A stretch of DNA of 63,029 nucleotides from an uncultured Nitrososphaerota archaeon (GCA_964408285.1 CAYOYV010000010.1:1813-64841), one strand, 5' to 3'. Shown: positions 10,001 through 20,324, numbered from the stretch's first letter. Numbers and translations: made by a program. The notes: a model not told the origin generated them from the sequence alone.

Positions 10001-10774
10001 CTATTGGTTCCTTCTCAAGAATCCTTGAAGTTCGTTCAGCGTTTCAACGGCGGCACTTTCCATGAATCCCATGTCGGACCCAACGTTGACGAGCTTGAAG
10101 CCCATCTCAATGTGCTTCCTTGCATCCTGAGGACTAGACGCGATCCCAGGTGAGACGCTCGATCCAGTATGCCTTTTCAAGATATCCTTGATGGCGCTTT
10201 GCACCACTGAATTATCAGGGTGCCCCGGAAATCCTAGAGATGCAGACAGGTCGGCAGGACCTATCATTGTGCCATTCACACCGGAAACAGACAGAATCCT
10301 TCCTAGATTCGCCATTGCTTTGCGGCTTTCCAACTGAACTATCACCGTCACATTCTCGTTTGCTCTTTCTACGTATTCAGAAAATCCAGTCCCCCACGAG
10401 GCTCTCCTTGGGCCACATCCCCTGATACCCTTTGGTGGGTACATGCAGGCTCTAACTGCTGCCTTTGCCTCTGCCTCACTATTGACCCAAGGTACTATGA
10501 CTCCTGCTGGCCCTAGGTCCAAAACTCTTTTCAGATGAATTGGATCATTCCAAGGGACCCTCACTATTGGGGCCGTCTCGGACTTACCCATGGCCTGCAG
10601 TATTGTCTGCACTTCTTTTATCTCCAGTGGGGCGTGTTCCATGTCTATCCAAAACCAATCGAAGCCAAACATGCCCATGAGCTCAGCTATGTCTGGCTCC
10701 GGAGTCTCTATCGCGGCACCTATGAGGACTTCGCCTTTTCGGAGTCTCTCCCTGAAGCTGTTCCACGTAGGCAT
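10001..10774 (-). CDS. HpcH/HpaI family class II pyruvate aldolase (2-keto-3-deoxy sugar acid aldolase-like)
   Basis: WIDMEHAP, IVRVP, YPPKGIRG, QLES and IGPADLS motifs. Start trimmed to MPTWNS (ORF extends to 10888). Confidence 0.9.
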   Translation of the reverse strand: MPTWNSFRERLRKGEVLIGAAIETPEPDIAELMGMFGFDWFWIDMEHAPLEIKEVQTILQAMGKSETAPIVRVPWNDPIHLKRVLDLGPAGVIVPWVNSEAEAKAAVRACMYPPKGIRGCGPRRASWGTGFSEYVERANENVTVIVQLESRKAMANLGRILSVSGVNGTMIGPADLSASLGFPGHPDNSVVQSAIKDILKRHTGSSVSPGIASSPQDARKHIEMGFKLVNVGSDMGFMESAAVETLNELQGFLRRNQ

Positions 10775-11045
10775 CACCAAGTCTCCCTGCCCAATCACTA
10801 ATATGCGTTTCGTGATATGATCTAGGCATACCGAGCTTCCTAGTGAGCTCTGAGATCCAATCCTCAAGGGGTACCCGGGCGCATCCATCTAATCCAAGCA
10901 ATAGACGCGCGGGGCTTGCGTGATTTCGGCTGGACAAAAATGGCATTGCCAAATCAAGGATCATGCGTTTGATCCATTGCGGAATTCAGATTACGTCAAT
11001 CCTCGTCTAAGCAATAAATAATCCTGCGAGGAAGGAGGTTCAGGA

Positions 11046-12086
11046 ATGGATCCGATCGTCAGGGTTGGGATAGCAGGCTTGGGCCGAAGTGGATGGGGAA
11101 TTCATGCCAGAATATTCGAGAAGATTCCAGAGATGTATAGAGTGGTGGCAGTCTTTGATCAACTTGAAGAAAGATTGGACGAGGCCAAGGGCAAATTCGG
11201 ATGCAGGATTTATTCAGATCTCGATCCATTCATGGCGGATGATTCGTTCGAACTCGCAGTGATTGCAATGCCCAGCTATCTTCATGCTGCTCACACTATC
11301 GAGGCCCTGAAGTCGGGCAAGAATGTTGTCTGCGAGAAACCCATGGCCACGAGCCTTGCTGAAGCTGATGCGATGATCGAGACAGCGAATCAAACAGGGA
11401 GGCTGCTTACAGTCTTTCATAACAGGAGGTATTCCCCGGACTTCCTCAAGGTCAAGGAAGTAATCAATTCCGGAAGGCTTGGGCGCTTGGTCCTAGTGAG
11501 GATCTGCCTGCACTCGTTCGGCAGACGGTGGGATTGGCAAACGCTAAGCAAGTTTGGTGGCGGCGAACTCAGGAACACCGGTGCTCATGCCATAGACCAG
11601 GCACTTCAGATAATCGGCGATTCGGAGCCCAAGGTCTCTTGTGACCTGCAACGTACACTAACATTGGGCGATGCCGAAGATCATGTGAAGATAATCCTCA
11701 ATGCCCCTAGGTCTCCAGTTGTAGACATTGAGATCACCCATGCTTGTGCCTTCCCTCAGGACTACTGGCTTGTGATGGGGACAGCAGGTGGATTAACCGG
11801 GGGCGGTAACCTTCTGCGCTGGAAATACATCGATCCGAACGATTTCTCTCTCAGAGAGGTCGATGTCAGCCCTACTCCTGACAGAAGCTACAATCGGGAG
11901 GAACTGAGGTGGATTGAGGAAACCTGGCAACAGGATGAGAGCCATGTGCCCGCTGAGTTTACGTTCTATAAAGAGTTATACGGAGCATTGCGATACGGAA
12001 GGCCACTCGCGGTCACTCCCGAAAGTGCTCGCAAAGTGATGGCAATCATAGAAGAATGTGCAACCCAATGCAGGGCAAACCGATAG
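11046..12086 (+). CDS. Gfo/Idh/MocA oxidoreductase
   Basis: GLGRSG, CEKP, HNRR, GGELRNTGAHAID. Confidence 0.92.
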   Translation: MDPIVRVGIAGLGRSGWGIHARIFEKIPEMYRVVAVFDQLEERLDEAKGKFGCRIYSDLDPFMADDSFELAVIAMPSYLHAAHTIEALKSGKNVVCEKPMATSLAEADAMIETANQTGRLLTVFHNRRYSPDFLKVKEVINSGRLGRLVLVRICLHSFGRRWDWQTLSKFGGGELRNTGAHAIDQALQIIGDSEPKVSCDLQRTLTLGDAEDHVKIILNAPRSPVVDIEITHACAFPQDYWLVMGTAGGLTGGGNLLRWKYIDPNDFSLREVDVSPTPDRSYNREELRWIEETWQQDESHVPAEFTFYKELYGALRYGRPLAVTPESARKVMAIIEECATQCRANR

Positions 12087-12188
12087 CGTACGATTTGGGC
12101 ATGGAGGTGGTCCTTTGACCTATATCGGACTCCAGCGAAACAGGCATATGCATCAATCTTATAGCCAACCTTAGCCCTCTGTACGCGC

Positions 12189-13190
12189 ATGGAGTTCAAG
12201 CTCGGCTTCATTGGATGCGGAGGTATAGCCGGAGCCCACGTGTCAAGATTGAGTCAAATGCCAGACGTGAAACTCGTAGCTTTCTGTGACATCCTGAAGG
12301 ACAAGGCCCAGGACCTTGCATCAAAGCATGGCGGCACTGCCTACGATGACTTCCATCAGATGATAAATCATGAGCCGCTTGATATTGTATATATTTGCAT
12401 TCCCCCCTTTGCGCATACCGACGAGGTCCAAGCTGCGGCGGAGAACGGGATGCACATTTTCATAGAGAAGCCGATAGCGCTGAAAACCGATTTGGGCCAA
12501 GACATGGTTCGTGCCGTTCGGAAGGCCGGCGTGAAGAGCCAGGTGGGATATTTGCTCCGGTTCGGGGCGGGCGTGGAAAGAGCCAAGGAGCTAATCGACT
12601 CCGGAAAGGCAGGAGATGTCTCAGTGGTTCAGGGGAGGTACTTCTGCAACTTCATCGGAGGTGCGTGGTGGAGAGACAAGAAGAAGAGCGGAGGCCAATT
12701 GGTCGAGCAATCGACCCATCTCTATGACATTGTGCGATATCTTTGCGGTGATGTGGAAAGGGTTTACACGGAAATGGCAAAGCGGTTCTGGGTCGAGGCC
12801 TCAGATATGACTTCAGAGGACACAAGTTCAACCACCTTGCGCTTCAAGAGCGGGGCCATAGGATCTCTGGCAGCATCGACCGGCGCTTACTCAGGGGACA
12901 GATGGGAGGCAGGCTGGATAATAGCGACTAAGAATCTCACTTTCGTTTTCGAGAATGCGAATTCGCTGACAATACATTCAACTACGGCCCCTTCAGTCGT
13001 CGAGAGCGTCTCATCTCCTCAAAGGGATATGTTCAAACTGGAGTCGAGGGATCTATTCAGCTGCATTAGGAGCGGAAACGAAACACGGACTCCGATTGAG
13101 GAAGGATTGAAAACGCTTGAACTTACTCTTGCTGCGGTGAAGTCTGCAGAGGGAGGCCAAGTCGTGCGGCTTCCCTTGTCAGAGGACTAG
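12189..13190 (+). CDS. Gfo/Idh/MocA oxidoreductase
   Basis: GCGGIA, IEKP, SGGQLVEQSTHLYD. Confidence 0.92.
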   Translation: MEFKLGFIGCGGIAGAHVSRLSQMPDVKLVAFCDILKDKAQDLASKHGGTAYDDFHQMINHEPLDIVYICIPPFAHTDEVQAAAENGMHIFIEKPIALKTDLGQDMVRAVRKAGVKSQVGYLLRFGAGVERAKELIDSGKAGDVSVVQGRYFCNFIGGAWWRDKKKSGGQLVEQSTHLYDIVRYLCGDVERVYTEMAKRFWVEASDMTSEDTSSTTLRFKSGAIGSLAASTGAYSGDRWEAGWIIATKNLTFVFENANSLTIHSTTAPSVVESVSSPQRDMFKLESRDLFSCIRSGNETRTPIEEGLKTLELTLAAVKSAEGGQVVRLPLSED

Positions 13191-13325
13191 TGCGATTTGC
13201 ACTGTGATTTGCTGAGGCAAGAACAAAGAGGTGAGAGTCCTAGGGCGAGCAGTGCCACTATGTGAGATAGTCTCAGTTCTGCAAAATCCCAGAGCGCGTT
13301 TATATTTTGACCAGACTGGAATGCA

Positions 13326-14363
13326 ATGGTGGGGAAGATCTTGAGGAGGACATACAGAGTTGGACTGATTGGAGTTGCACACCCGCATATATGGGGAATT
13401 CTGAAATCGCTTCGGGAGAGTGATCTTGGAGAGCTTTCTGCCGCATCATTCCCAGAACCGTCTTCTCAATCTGACAAGGACGCCATCGAAAGGGCACACG
13501 GGCAAGTCAACTTATATGGCGACTACCGTGAGATGCTAGGTAAGGAGAGTCTCGACTTAGTCTTCAATTACACCGACCACATTCTACGAGCGCCTGTCAC
13601 GGAATTGGCTGCCTCGAAAGGTCTGCACGTTATGGTGGAAAAACCAATGGCCTATAACTTGGCGGATGCGGAGAGAATGCTTGAAGCCAGCAGGAAGAAC
13701 AATGTCAAGCTCATGGTGAATTGGCCTCCTATGTGGTCTCCTGTCTACCATAGCGTGCATCAAATGGTCGAGAATGGGGAATTAGGAAGCATCTTCCACA
13801 TAAGGACAAGAGCAGGACATAACTCGTGTGAGAAGGAGAATTTCATCGGATCTTGCTTCGAGTGGATGGGGCAAAAGGAAGCCAAGGGGGCATACATGGA
13901 TTTCTGCTGTTATGGCGTTGCGCTCGCAATCTGGCTAAAGGGGATGCCGAAAAGCGTATCTGCAATTGCTGGCAATTTCGTGAAGGACTTCATCCCAAGC
14001 TATGATAACGGTACGGTCATCATGATTTATGGTGATGGCACGGCAATCGCAGAAGGCACTTGGAGTCAGGTGGGCAATCCTCCTGCACCGCCCCTCATCT
14101 ATGGAACTAAAGGCACGATTCTCCTGGGATTCAGCGGAGCTACCATCTTCTCCAAGGAAAAGGAGGATGGGCAGATTCTGAAAGGGGGGCCGTTTCCGAG
14201 TCGTGAAAAGAATGCTGTGGAATATTTCCTCAACAGGATCAAAGAAGGCCGCCCCATCGACGGGATGAGTACCCCTGATTTCTCCAGAGATGTCCAAGAG
14301 GTACTCGAGGCGGGATTGATATCTAACAGCACTGGGCGAGTGGTTCCGATCCCTCTTCGGTAG
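13326..14363 (+). CDS. Gfo/Idh/MocA oxidoreductase
   Basis: Rossmann N-terminus, VEKPMA, GAYMDFCCYG. Confidence 0.9.
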   Translation: MVGKILRRTYRVGLIGVAHPHIWGILKSLRESDLGELSAASFPEPSSQSDKDAIERAHGQVNLYGDYREMLGKESLDLVFNYTDHILRAPVTELAASKGLHVMVEKPMAYNLADAERMLEASRKNNVKLMVNWPPMWSPVYHSVHQMVENGELGSIFHIRTRAGHNSCEKENFIGSCFEWMGQKEAKGAYMDFCCYGVALAIWLKGMPKSVSAIAGNFVKDFIPSYDNGTVIMIYGDGTAIAEGTWSQVGNPPAPPLIYGTKGTILLGFSGATIFSKEKEDGQILKGGPFPSREKNAVEYFLNRIKEGRPIDGMSTPDFSRDVQEVLEAGLISNSTGRVVPIPLR

Positions 14364-14613
14364 GAGGGACCAAGGAAGGACAAACGCTTTGAGCCCTCGG
14401 CAAATCGACAGGAATGGATAAATGTGAAGACGAACTGGCATAAGTAAAAGATCAACTGGGGGGCTGGGAGCATTCTGAGCAGGATCCGACTGCATGCACG
14501 AGCGAAGTGGGGGTAAAGGTGGGCTCTCAAGGGGTTTTTGGAGCCTCCGGGCAAATGACACTTTGGCCTATCATCTGCCAAATAAGTGAAGAGATTTGTC
14601 GTTCTGCGCCTGC

Positions 14614-14643
14614 CTATAAATAGTTTAAATACTTCATTTATAG
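14614..14643 (+). promoter_or_regulatory. tbp promoter: central TTTAAATA flanked by an inverted repeat CTATAAAT/ATTTATAG
   Basis: CTATAAAT at 14614-21, TTTAAATA at 14624-31, ATTTATAG at 14636-43, ATG at 14655. Confidence 0.6.
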
Positions 14644-14654
14644 CGCTTTCGGTG

Positions 14655-15254
14655 ATGTCGCTACCCATACCCTCGATATCGCTACCCTTCGGCGCCAAGA
14701 GGCCAGTCGTGAATGTCGAAAATGTCGTGGCCTCTGCAGTCTTGAACCAAAGGATCAATCTGTTCGACATTGTGAACGCATTTGATGAGACGACAGTCGA
14801 ATACAACCCAGAGCAATTCCCCGGTCTTGTGTTCAGATTGAAGAAACCAAAGACCGCGACGTTAATCTTCAGTAGCGGAAAAATGGTCTGTACAGGATCC
14901 AAGTCTGAAAAGGCCGCTGTAAAGGCTGTGCATCGCGTTGTTGACGAATTAAAAGGCCGTGGAATCAATATATACAATCAACCTGAGATAACTATCCAGA
15001 ATATTGTCTCATCCGGTTCTTTGCCCGGGAAGATCGATCTGGAAAAATGCGCGTACGGCTTAGAGAGGACGATGTATGAGCCGGAGCAGTTCCCCGGTCT
15101 CATATACAGGATGAATCAACCAAAGGTAGTACTGTTGCTATTTGCATCAGGCAAGTTTGTGTGCACGGGCGCTAGAAAGGAAGAGCAAGTGCACGAGGCC
15201 GTAAACAATCTCCACAAGCAGTTAACGGACCTTAAGCTGCTATACCAGCCTTAG
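14655..15254 (+). CDS. tbp: TATA-box-binding protein
   Basis: Two TBP repeats: ENVVAS..YNPEQFPGLVFRL..LIFSSGKMVCTG and QNIVSS..YEPEQFPGLIYRM..LLFASGKFVCTG. Start trimmed from 14586. Confidence 0.97.
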   Translation: MSLPIPSISLPFGAKRPVVNVENVVASAVLNQRINLFDIVNAFDETTVEYNPEQFPGLVFRLKKPKTATLIFSSGKMVCTGSKSEKAAVKAVHRVVDELKGRGINIYNQPEITIQNIVSSGSLPGKIDLEKCAYGLERTMYEPEQFPGLIYRMNQPKVVLLLFASGKFVCTGARKEEQVHEAVNNLHKQLTDLKLLYQP

Positions 15255-15324
15255 ATAATGGCGGGGCATTGAAGCAAATAGCGCTACCGCGATCCATGCG
15301 CTCTGCTGGGCATCGGCTATCTTG

Positions 15325-16212
15325 TCATCCTGTTACTAATGCGTCGAATGAAAGTAGAATGTAGAAATGCGTCTTGATCACCTCGAAACCGAACTTCCTA
15401 TACAACCTGAGAGCAGGAAGGTTATTCCCGTCTACTCCGAGATTTACCACCTTAGCACCTTCAATTTTCAATTGCAGCAGAGCCCTGGCCATCAGAGCTG
15501 TCCCAAATCCTTTCCTCCTATGCGCGGGCTCTATTTGGATGCCGATCTCCGTTTCCCCGTCCTCAATTGGATCCCACATTATCTTCCCCACAAGCTCTCT
15601 TCCTTCGCGGATCTCTATGCCTCTGTCTCGCGAACAAAAAACTCCCTTAGAGGTTGCTGATTCGTTCTGATGTTCATATCGATCCAAGCCCAATCTCATG
15701 CTGTAATAACATTCGTCGATCTTGAACCCGACTTCTCTGAACGTGATGATGGAATCGAGGTTGTCTGTCGTGAGGACGTCTGTTCCTGTGGTCAGACAGA
15801 CATTTCCCAGAGTTGGATACTCGATACTGCGAATGTCGCTCCTTGAGAGTAATTCTGCGGTTGCGGTAGTGAGTGCCTTCAGTACATCCGCCCGTCTTTG
15901 TGACAAAGCAATTCCGAGAATATGCGCTCGCCTTTCAATCGGATATCCATACCTCTCTGTCAATTCCTTGACCCATTCAGGATTGTACACGGCAACGAGG
16001 AATCCCGCTATTTTGCTGCCTTCCTCAGCTATGAGAAAGCACTTCGATTGAAATGACTTGAAGTAGTCTAGGAATTCGTTGAATTTGGCGAGGTCCGCTC
16101 GAAGATAACGCCCCTTCCTGCCCCAGAAATCCAGATCTGGAAGCGTCTTCGAGAATTCAAAGAATCGTGCTTCTTCGCCCTCTTCTAGGGAGGAGACCAG
16201 AACATCATTCAT
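15325..16212 (-). CDS. GNAT N-acetyltransferase (tandem domain)
   Basis: HRRKGFGTALM acetyl-CoA motif and NLPALRLYRKFGF. Confidence 0.85.
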   Translation of the reverse strand: MNDVLVSSLEEGEEARFFEFSKTLPDLDFWGRKGRYLRADLAKFNEFLDYFKSFQSKCFLIAEEGSKIAGFLVAVYNPEWVKELTERYGYPIERRAHILGIALSQRRADVLKALTTATAELLSRSDIRSIEYPTLGNVCLTTGTDVLTTDNLDSIITFREVGFKIDECYYSMRLGLDRYEHQNESATSKGVFCSRDRGIEIREGRELVGKIMWDPIEDGETEIGIQIEPAHRRKGFGTALMARALLQLKIEGAKVVNLGVDGNNLPALRLYRKFGFEVIKTHFYILLSFDALVTG

Positions 16213-16299
16213 GATTCTCTATGGAATGGATTTTGATTTATGCTTTTGACATCGCGTAGGCTATCGCTTGCCTTTAGGATCATAAGAAACGTTGGCGGA

Positions 16300-16545
16300 T
16301 TAGGGCAGCCTGGGCAATTCCGCAGCAAGCTTGGCATTTTCCTGCTCTCTATCCCTTTTCCAAGATAGAAGAATTAGCATCCCGCAGACGATCATCACAA
16401 CGACTAGCATTATTGTCAACGTCGGGGAGTCGACTATCATTCCAATACCCTTCGACATAGTATACAGGAAAAAAGTCACTATCACCACCAGTGCGCTCAA
16501 AAGGACCAAGTTCACGACGATTTCCCTAGTTGAAACTCGCCTCAA
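16300..16545 (-). CDS. Small two-TM membrane protein
   Basis: Two hydrophobic helices and a charged tail. Confidence 0.6.
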   Translation of the reverse strand: MRRVSTREIVVNLVLLSALVVIVTFFLYTMSKGIGMIVDSPTLTIMLVVVMIVCGMLILLSWKRDREQENAKLAAELPRLP

Positions 16546-16776
16546 CCTCGCGTTTCTATCGAGAAAATCAAAGGATGCAATATAAGCTTAGCCACTTGAG
16601 CAGGTCTTCTATGAAGTGAAATACGGGGACCAAACAACCTACAAGAGGGTCCATGGCTTTGCTGCTAGAAACGGATGAATCGGCATGCTTGATGAAGTCC
16701 ACGAACCGCAGTTCTACGCGTCCACCGGAGGCAAAGGTAAAACGGTTATCTTCCAGCTCAGGCCCCTCATGCCATA

Positions 16777-18210
16777 ATGCAGGAGAAAGCAATCGTCTAT
16801 CGGCAGATCGAGAAAGATATCGATGAGCACGTGAGTGATCTAGTAGCGTTGATCAGGCAACCGTCGGTCTCTCCCCAGAACATTGGCGTCGTCGAGACTG
16901 CGAAGCTGCTTCGAAGTATGCTTGGGGAAGTAGGTTTCAGTGGAACGCGACTGGTAGAAACCTCTGGGAATCCGGTCGTGTATGGGCGCATGGACACGGG
17001 AGCCCGAACGACGGTCTTGCTGTATGGAATGTATGACACTATGCCTGCGGATGAGCAAGGCTGGAATGTGGACCCATTCGCTGGGACGATCATGGAAATG
17101 GAACCCTTTGGCCGCACACTAGTCGCTAGAGGTGCAATCAATACAAAGGGTCCGTTGATGGGCTTCCTCAACTCGGTAAGCTCAATTCTCAAAAGCGGGC
17201 AGGATCTTCCCGTTAACATCATATTCGTTGCAGAAGGAGAGGAAGAGCTGGGGAGCAGACACCTTCCTGAATTCATCAAGTCAATGGAGGACGAACTGAA
17301 AGAGGCTGACGTCCTTTTCTTTCCTGCGGCCAGCCAAAACTCCAGGGGAAAGGCAGTAATCTCTCTGGGCGTGAAGGGAATTGTATATTTTGAATTGGAA
17401 GTCGATGGGGCGAATTGCAGGAAAGGCCCCGTAGAATTTGGGATCCACGGAAGCAACAAGGCTTGGGTAGACAGTCCTACATGGAGACTGTTGAAGGCCC
17501 TCTCATCGATGGTCGATGAGACGGGAAACAGAGTGATGATAGAGGGGTTCTACGACAATGTATCAGTTCCAACGCTCGAAGACGAGCTGCTGGTCCAAAA
17601 ACTCAGCAAGACATTCGATGAAGAGGAGATAAAGGAAAGGATGAGAGTAGACCGATTCATCGATGACCTTCATGGAGTTGATGCTTTGAGGAAATACCTG
17701 TTCTCACCAACCCTCAACATAAACGGAATATGGTCGGGCTATACAGGACCCGGCACCAAAACCCTACTTCCCAGCAAGATAACCGCAAAGGTGGACGTTC
17801 GTCTTGTACCGAACATGCGGGTTGAGGAAGTAATACCGATGATACGCGGGCACTTGGATAAGTTTGGATTTGAAGAAGTCGAGATCAGGGAACTCGAGAG
17901 TGGATACTCATGGGCTAGGATGAACGCGAATTCTACCTATGCTCAGGCCTTGATTAATTCACTTGCGGAGTTCGTAACAGACTCGGAGATCTGGCCGACC
18001 ACAGCAGGAAGTGCGCCGTTCTCGATGTTTGCCGCTCCCCCCTTGAAGCTGCCTTTCATAACAGGTGGGATGGGTCACGGGGGACGAGCCCACTCTCCAA
18101 ACGAATATCTTGTGATAGGAGAAGGAGGTCCGACGGGAGGTTTCGTCACAATGGAGAAATCCTTTGTTTCCATCCTCTACAACTTGTCAGACATCAAAGG
18201 CAAGGACTGA
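16777..18210 (+). CDS. M20/M25/M40 metallopeptidase (dipeptidase-like)
   Basis: YGMYDT (His site replaced by Met), ARGAINTKG, EGEEELGS, AHSPNE. Confidence 0.9.
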   Translation: MQEKAIVYRQIEKDIDEHVSDLVALIRQPSVSPQNIGVVETAKLLRSMLGEVGFSGTRLVETSGNPVVYGRMDTGARTTVLLYGMYDTMPADEQGWNVDPFAGTIMEMEPFGRTLVARGAINTKGPLMGFLNSVSSILKSGQDLPVNIIFVAEGEEELGSRHLPEFIKSMEDELKEADVLFFPAASQNSRGKAVISLGVKGIVYFELEVDGANCRKGPVEFGIHGSNKAWVDSPTWRLLKALSSMVDETGNRVMIEGFYDNVSVPTLEDELLVQKLSKTFDEEEIKERMRVDRFIDDLHGVDALRKYLFSPTLNINGIWSGYTGPGTKTLLPSKITAKVDVRLVPNMRVEEVIPMIRGHLDKFGFEEVEIRELESGYSWARMNANSTYAQALINSLAEFVTDSEIWPTTAGSAPFSMFAAPPLKLPFITGGMGHGGRAHSPNEYLVIGEGGPTGGFVTMEKSFVSILYNLSDIKGKD

Positions 18211-18342
18211 ACTGGCTAATCATGAAGACCCAGAAACATTACACTGCTTATGCTTGGTGTGAACGCGCACGTGCATTAAGATTCTTGAAAGCAAGAATCG
18301 CCATACTGTGAGTGCGGATGCCTGCATCCCCGCCATAGCTCT

Positions 18343-19401
18343 TCATTCCGTCAGGAATTTCTTGAAGAATTGTGGGGCGCGCCTCCCCGAATAAGAGTGC
18401 TCTCCTGGAAAAGCCTCGATCCAGAGGTTCTCTGCATGACCACTGGCTTGATATGCCCTCCTCACCTTGTCATGAGCGGCGAGGGCAGAGTGGGACCAGA
18501 AACAAGTATCTGAGGCACCGGATTCAATTAGCAGAGGCTTTGGCGCAATTGCTGAGATGACATCAGGAACATCCGCGTATCTATACAGAAATGGAACCAA
18601 TTGAGAACCACAGAAGTTCGGCCTGGAAATGGCATAGTGCTCCGTGGTTGTAGCATAGCAAATTATGTCGGCCGCCTTGACCCTGTCATCTAGCAAAGCC
18701 AGGTAGGTCGTCATTGTGCCCCCGAAGGAAAGCCCCATGCATCCTATTCTCTCGGGATCCACCTCCTTCCTCGCAGAAAGGAATTCCAGGACGCGCTTTG
18801 CGTCGAAGATGTTCGCGCCCAAAAGGGTTCTTCCTAGGATAAGGTGTTGCAGAAAGTGGATGTTGCATATGTCCCTTCCTTCGTATGGATTACGGTATGC
18901 TATTCTCTCTCCGAAACTCCGCCAGTCAGGTATGGCTGTAACGAATCCAACCTGTGCCATCTGCTCACCGTAGTTATAGTTCAACTGAGCCATATTCGCC
19001 CTCCTATTTGGATCATTGAAATGCACACCTGCGACCGGATCTTTACCGTACGGACCGTGCCCATGTGCACACAATATTCCCGCCGATTTGCCCTTCCTCT
19101 CGTTTGGGATCATGATATACAGAGGAACCCAGCAATCCTCTTCCGATTGTATCACCCACTTTTCCCTAGTGTAAAGCTTAGTCTCCTCCGTGGACAGCAT
19201 CTGGGCATTTAGGGGGCTTGGTTCCGGGAACTCTCCAAGGAGTGCCTTGATCTTGTTTTTCAGTTTTTCCTTCCATTCAAGGAAATCACCCTTCTCCATC
19301 TCGACAAAAGCGAGGGAGGGTTTCACTTTCCGGTGCCATTTCGTTATGAAATTGTCAGTAACTTGGGGCGCATCCACAATCTCGACCATTGTTCCCTCCA
19401 A
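18343..19401 (-). CDS. Alpha/beta hydrolase (dienelactone hydrolase / acetylxylan esterase-like)
   Basis: CAHGHG, DWRSFGER, GLSFGG nucleophile, APKPL, GEHSY. Confidence 0.85.
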   Translation of the reverse strand: MEGTMVEIVDAPQVTDNFITKWHRKVKPSLAFVEMEKGDFLEWKEKLKNKIKALLGEFPEPSPLNAQMLSTEETKLYTREKWVIQSEEDCWVPLYIMIPNERKGKSAGILCAHGHGPYGKDPVAGVHFNDPNRRANMAQLNYNYGEQMAQVGFVTAIPDWRSFGERIAYRNPYEGRDICNIHFLQHLILGRTLLGANIFDAKRVLEFLSARKEVDPERIGCMGLSFGGTMTTYLALLDDRVKAADIICYATTTEHYAISRPNFCGSQLVPFLYRYADVPDVISAIAPKPLLIESGASDTCFWSHSALAAHDKVRRAYQASGHAENLWIEAFPGEHSYSGRRAPQFFKKFLTE

Positions 19402-19651
19402 TAATCGCCGACTTCAAACGATTATAAGCCTAATCCAGCGAAATCCTATATCTGCAAGATCTGGTGCCGCGCGTGTCCCGGCTCATTTGCTCCCTACTGG
19501 ATGCAGACCTCGCATGCGGGGGGAGCAGCATGCTATGTCCCTTTCATATGTCTCATTGGAGAGCGTGCTTCGGACACCGCAGGACTTGCTTATGCTCAGG
19601 GAGGGCCATTGGAAGCGCTCTTGCTTAACAGGCAGACAGGCACGATTGATG

Positions 19652-20065
19652 CTATTCATCTTCCAGCTCATAGAGTTTCTCTGACTTCTTGCCCTTCGAT
19701 TGACGTACGATGCCCCTCCTAGACAGTTCTTCGAGTTTCTTGGAGACGGTCCGTCTCGATGCTCTCCCAGCCACTTGTCTCAGGGTCTCTGTGAGTTGGG
19801 AGACATTCTTCGGTCCCATTTCAATGAGCGTCTCAACTATTCGCCTAGCCACCTCGCCAGATCTTAGTGAGGCGGAAACCAGAGCGATTCGTCTTGATGT
19901 TCCGGCGATCTCGCTGCTTGTCTGAACGACTTCTTTGACTATAGATAACTCCCTTGCCAGCTCAGCGGTCAACCGCCTCTCTTTTCTCAGTTGGGATTCA
20001 AGCTGCTCAATCTTCTTGGCGATTTTCTTCAGTCTATCTTCTGTCTCTCCTGAGTTCGCTGACAA
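19652..20065 (-). CDS. Coiled-coil plus winged-helix DNA-binding protein
   Basis: Heptad N-terminus; IVETL...NVSQLTE..ASRRTVSKKLEELSRRGIV wHTH. Confidence 0.82.
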   Translation of the reverse strand: MSANSGETEDRLKKIAKKIEQLESQLRKERRLTAELARELSIVKEVVQTSSEIAGTSRRIALVSASLRSGEVARRIVETLIEMGPKNVSQLTETLRQVAGRASRRTVSKKLEELSRRGIVRQSKGKKSEKLYELEDE

Positions 20066-20324
20066 GGCTCGAGATTGTCCGCACGCTAAACAAATACTTA
20101 ACTGGTGAGTACAGTGTATCAGCTATCCTGCTCGCGTATTCCGGTTCAACGCCTTGCCTAACAAGTTCGCTTCTCAGAGCTGATATCCCTCTCTCTATGT
20201 TCAATTTGATCGGAACGAAAACAAAAAACAGAAGGTAGATGCCGGCATAGAGCAACGTCGCCGTTAGCCACACAGCCTCTATCGCATAGACCACATGGCT
20301 CCAGATGTCTGTCCAGAACCCCAT
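20034..20324 (-). CDS. Small membrane-anchored hypothetical protein
   Basis: N-terminal TM, then LRSELVRQGVEPEYASRIADTLYSP. Overlaps the wHTH gene. Confidence 0.7.
   Translation of the reverse strand: MGFWTDIWSHVVYAIEAVWLTATLLYAGIYLLFFVFVPIKLNIERGISALRSELVRQGVEPEYASRIADTLYSPVKYLFSVRTISSLVSELRRDRR

Noticed and set aside
14099-14977. 292-aa minus-strand ORF
   Set aside because: Antisense shadow of tbp and the Gfo gene, with no motifs.
16568-16792. 74-aa minus ORF, and a plus frame with a possible in-frame TGA readthrough
   Set aside because: The plus frame has no start codon or recognisable selenoprotein motif, and the minus ORF overlaps the M20 start.
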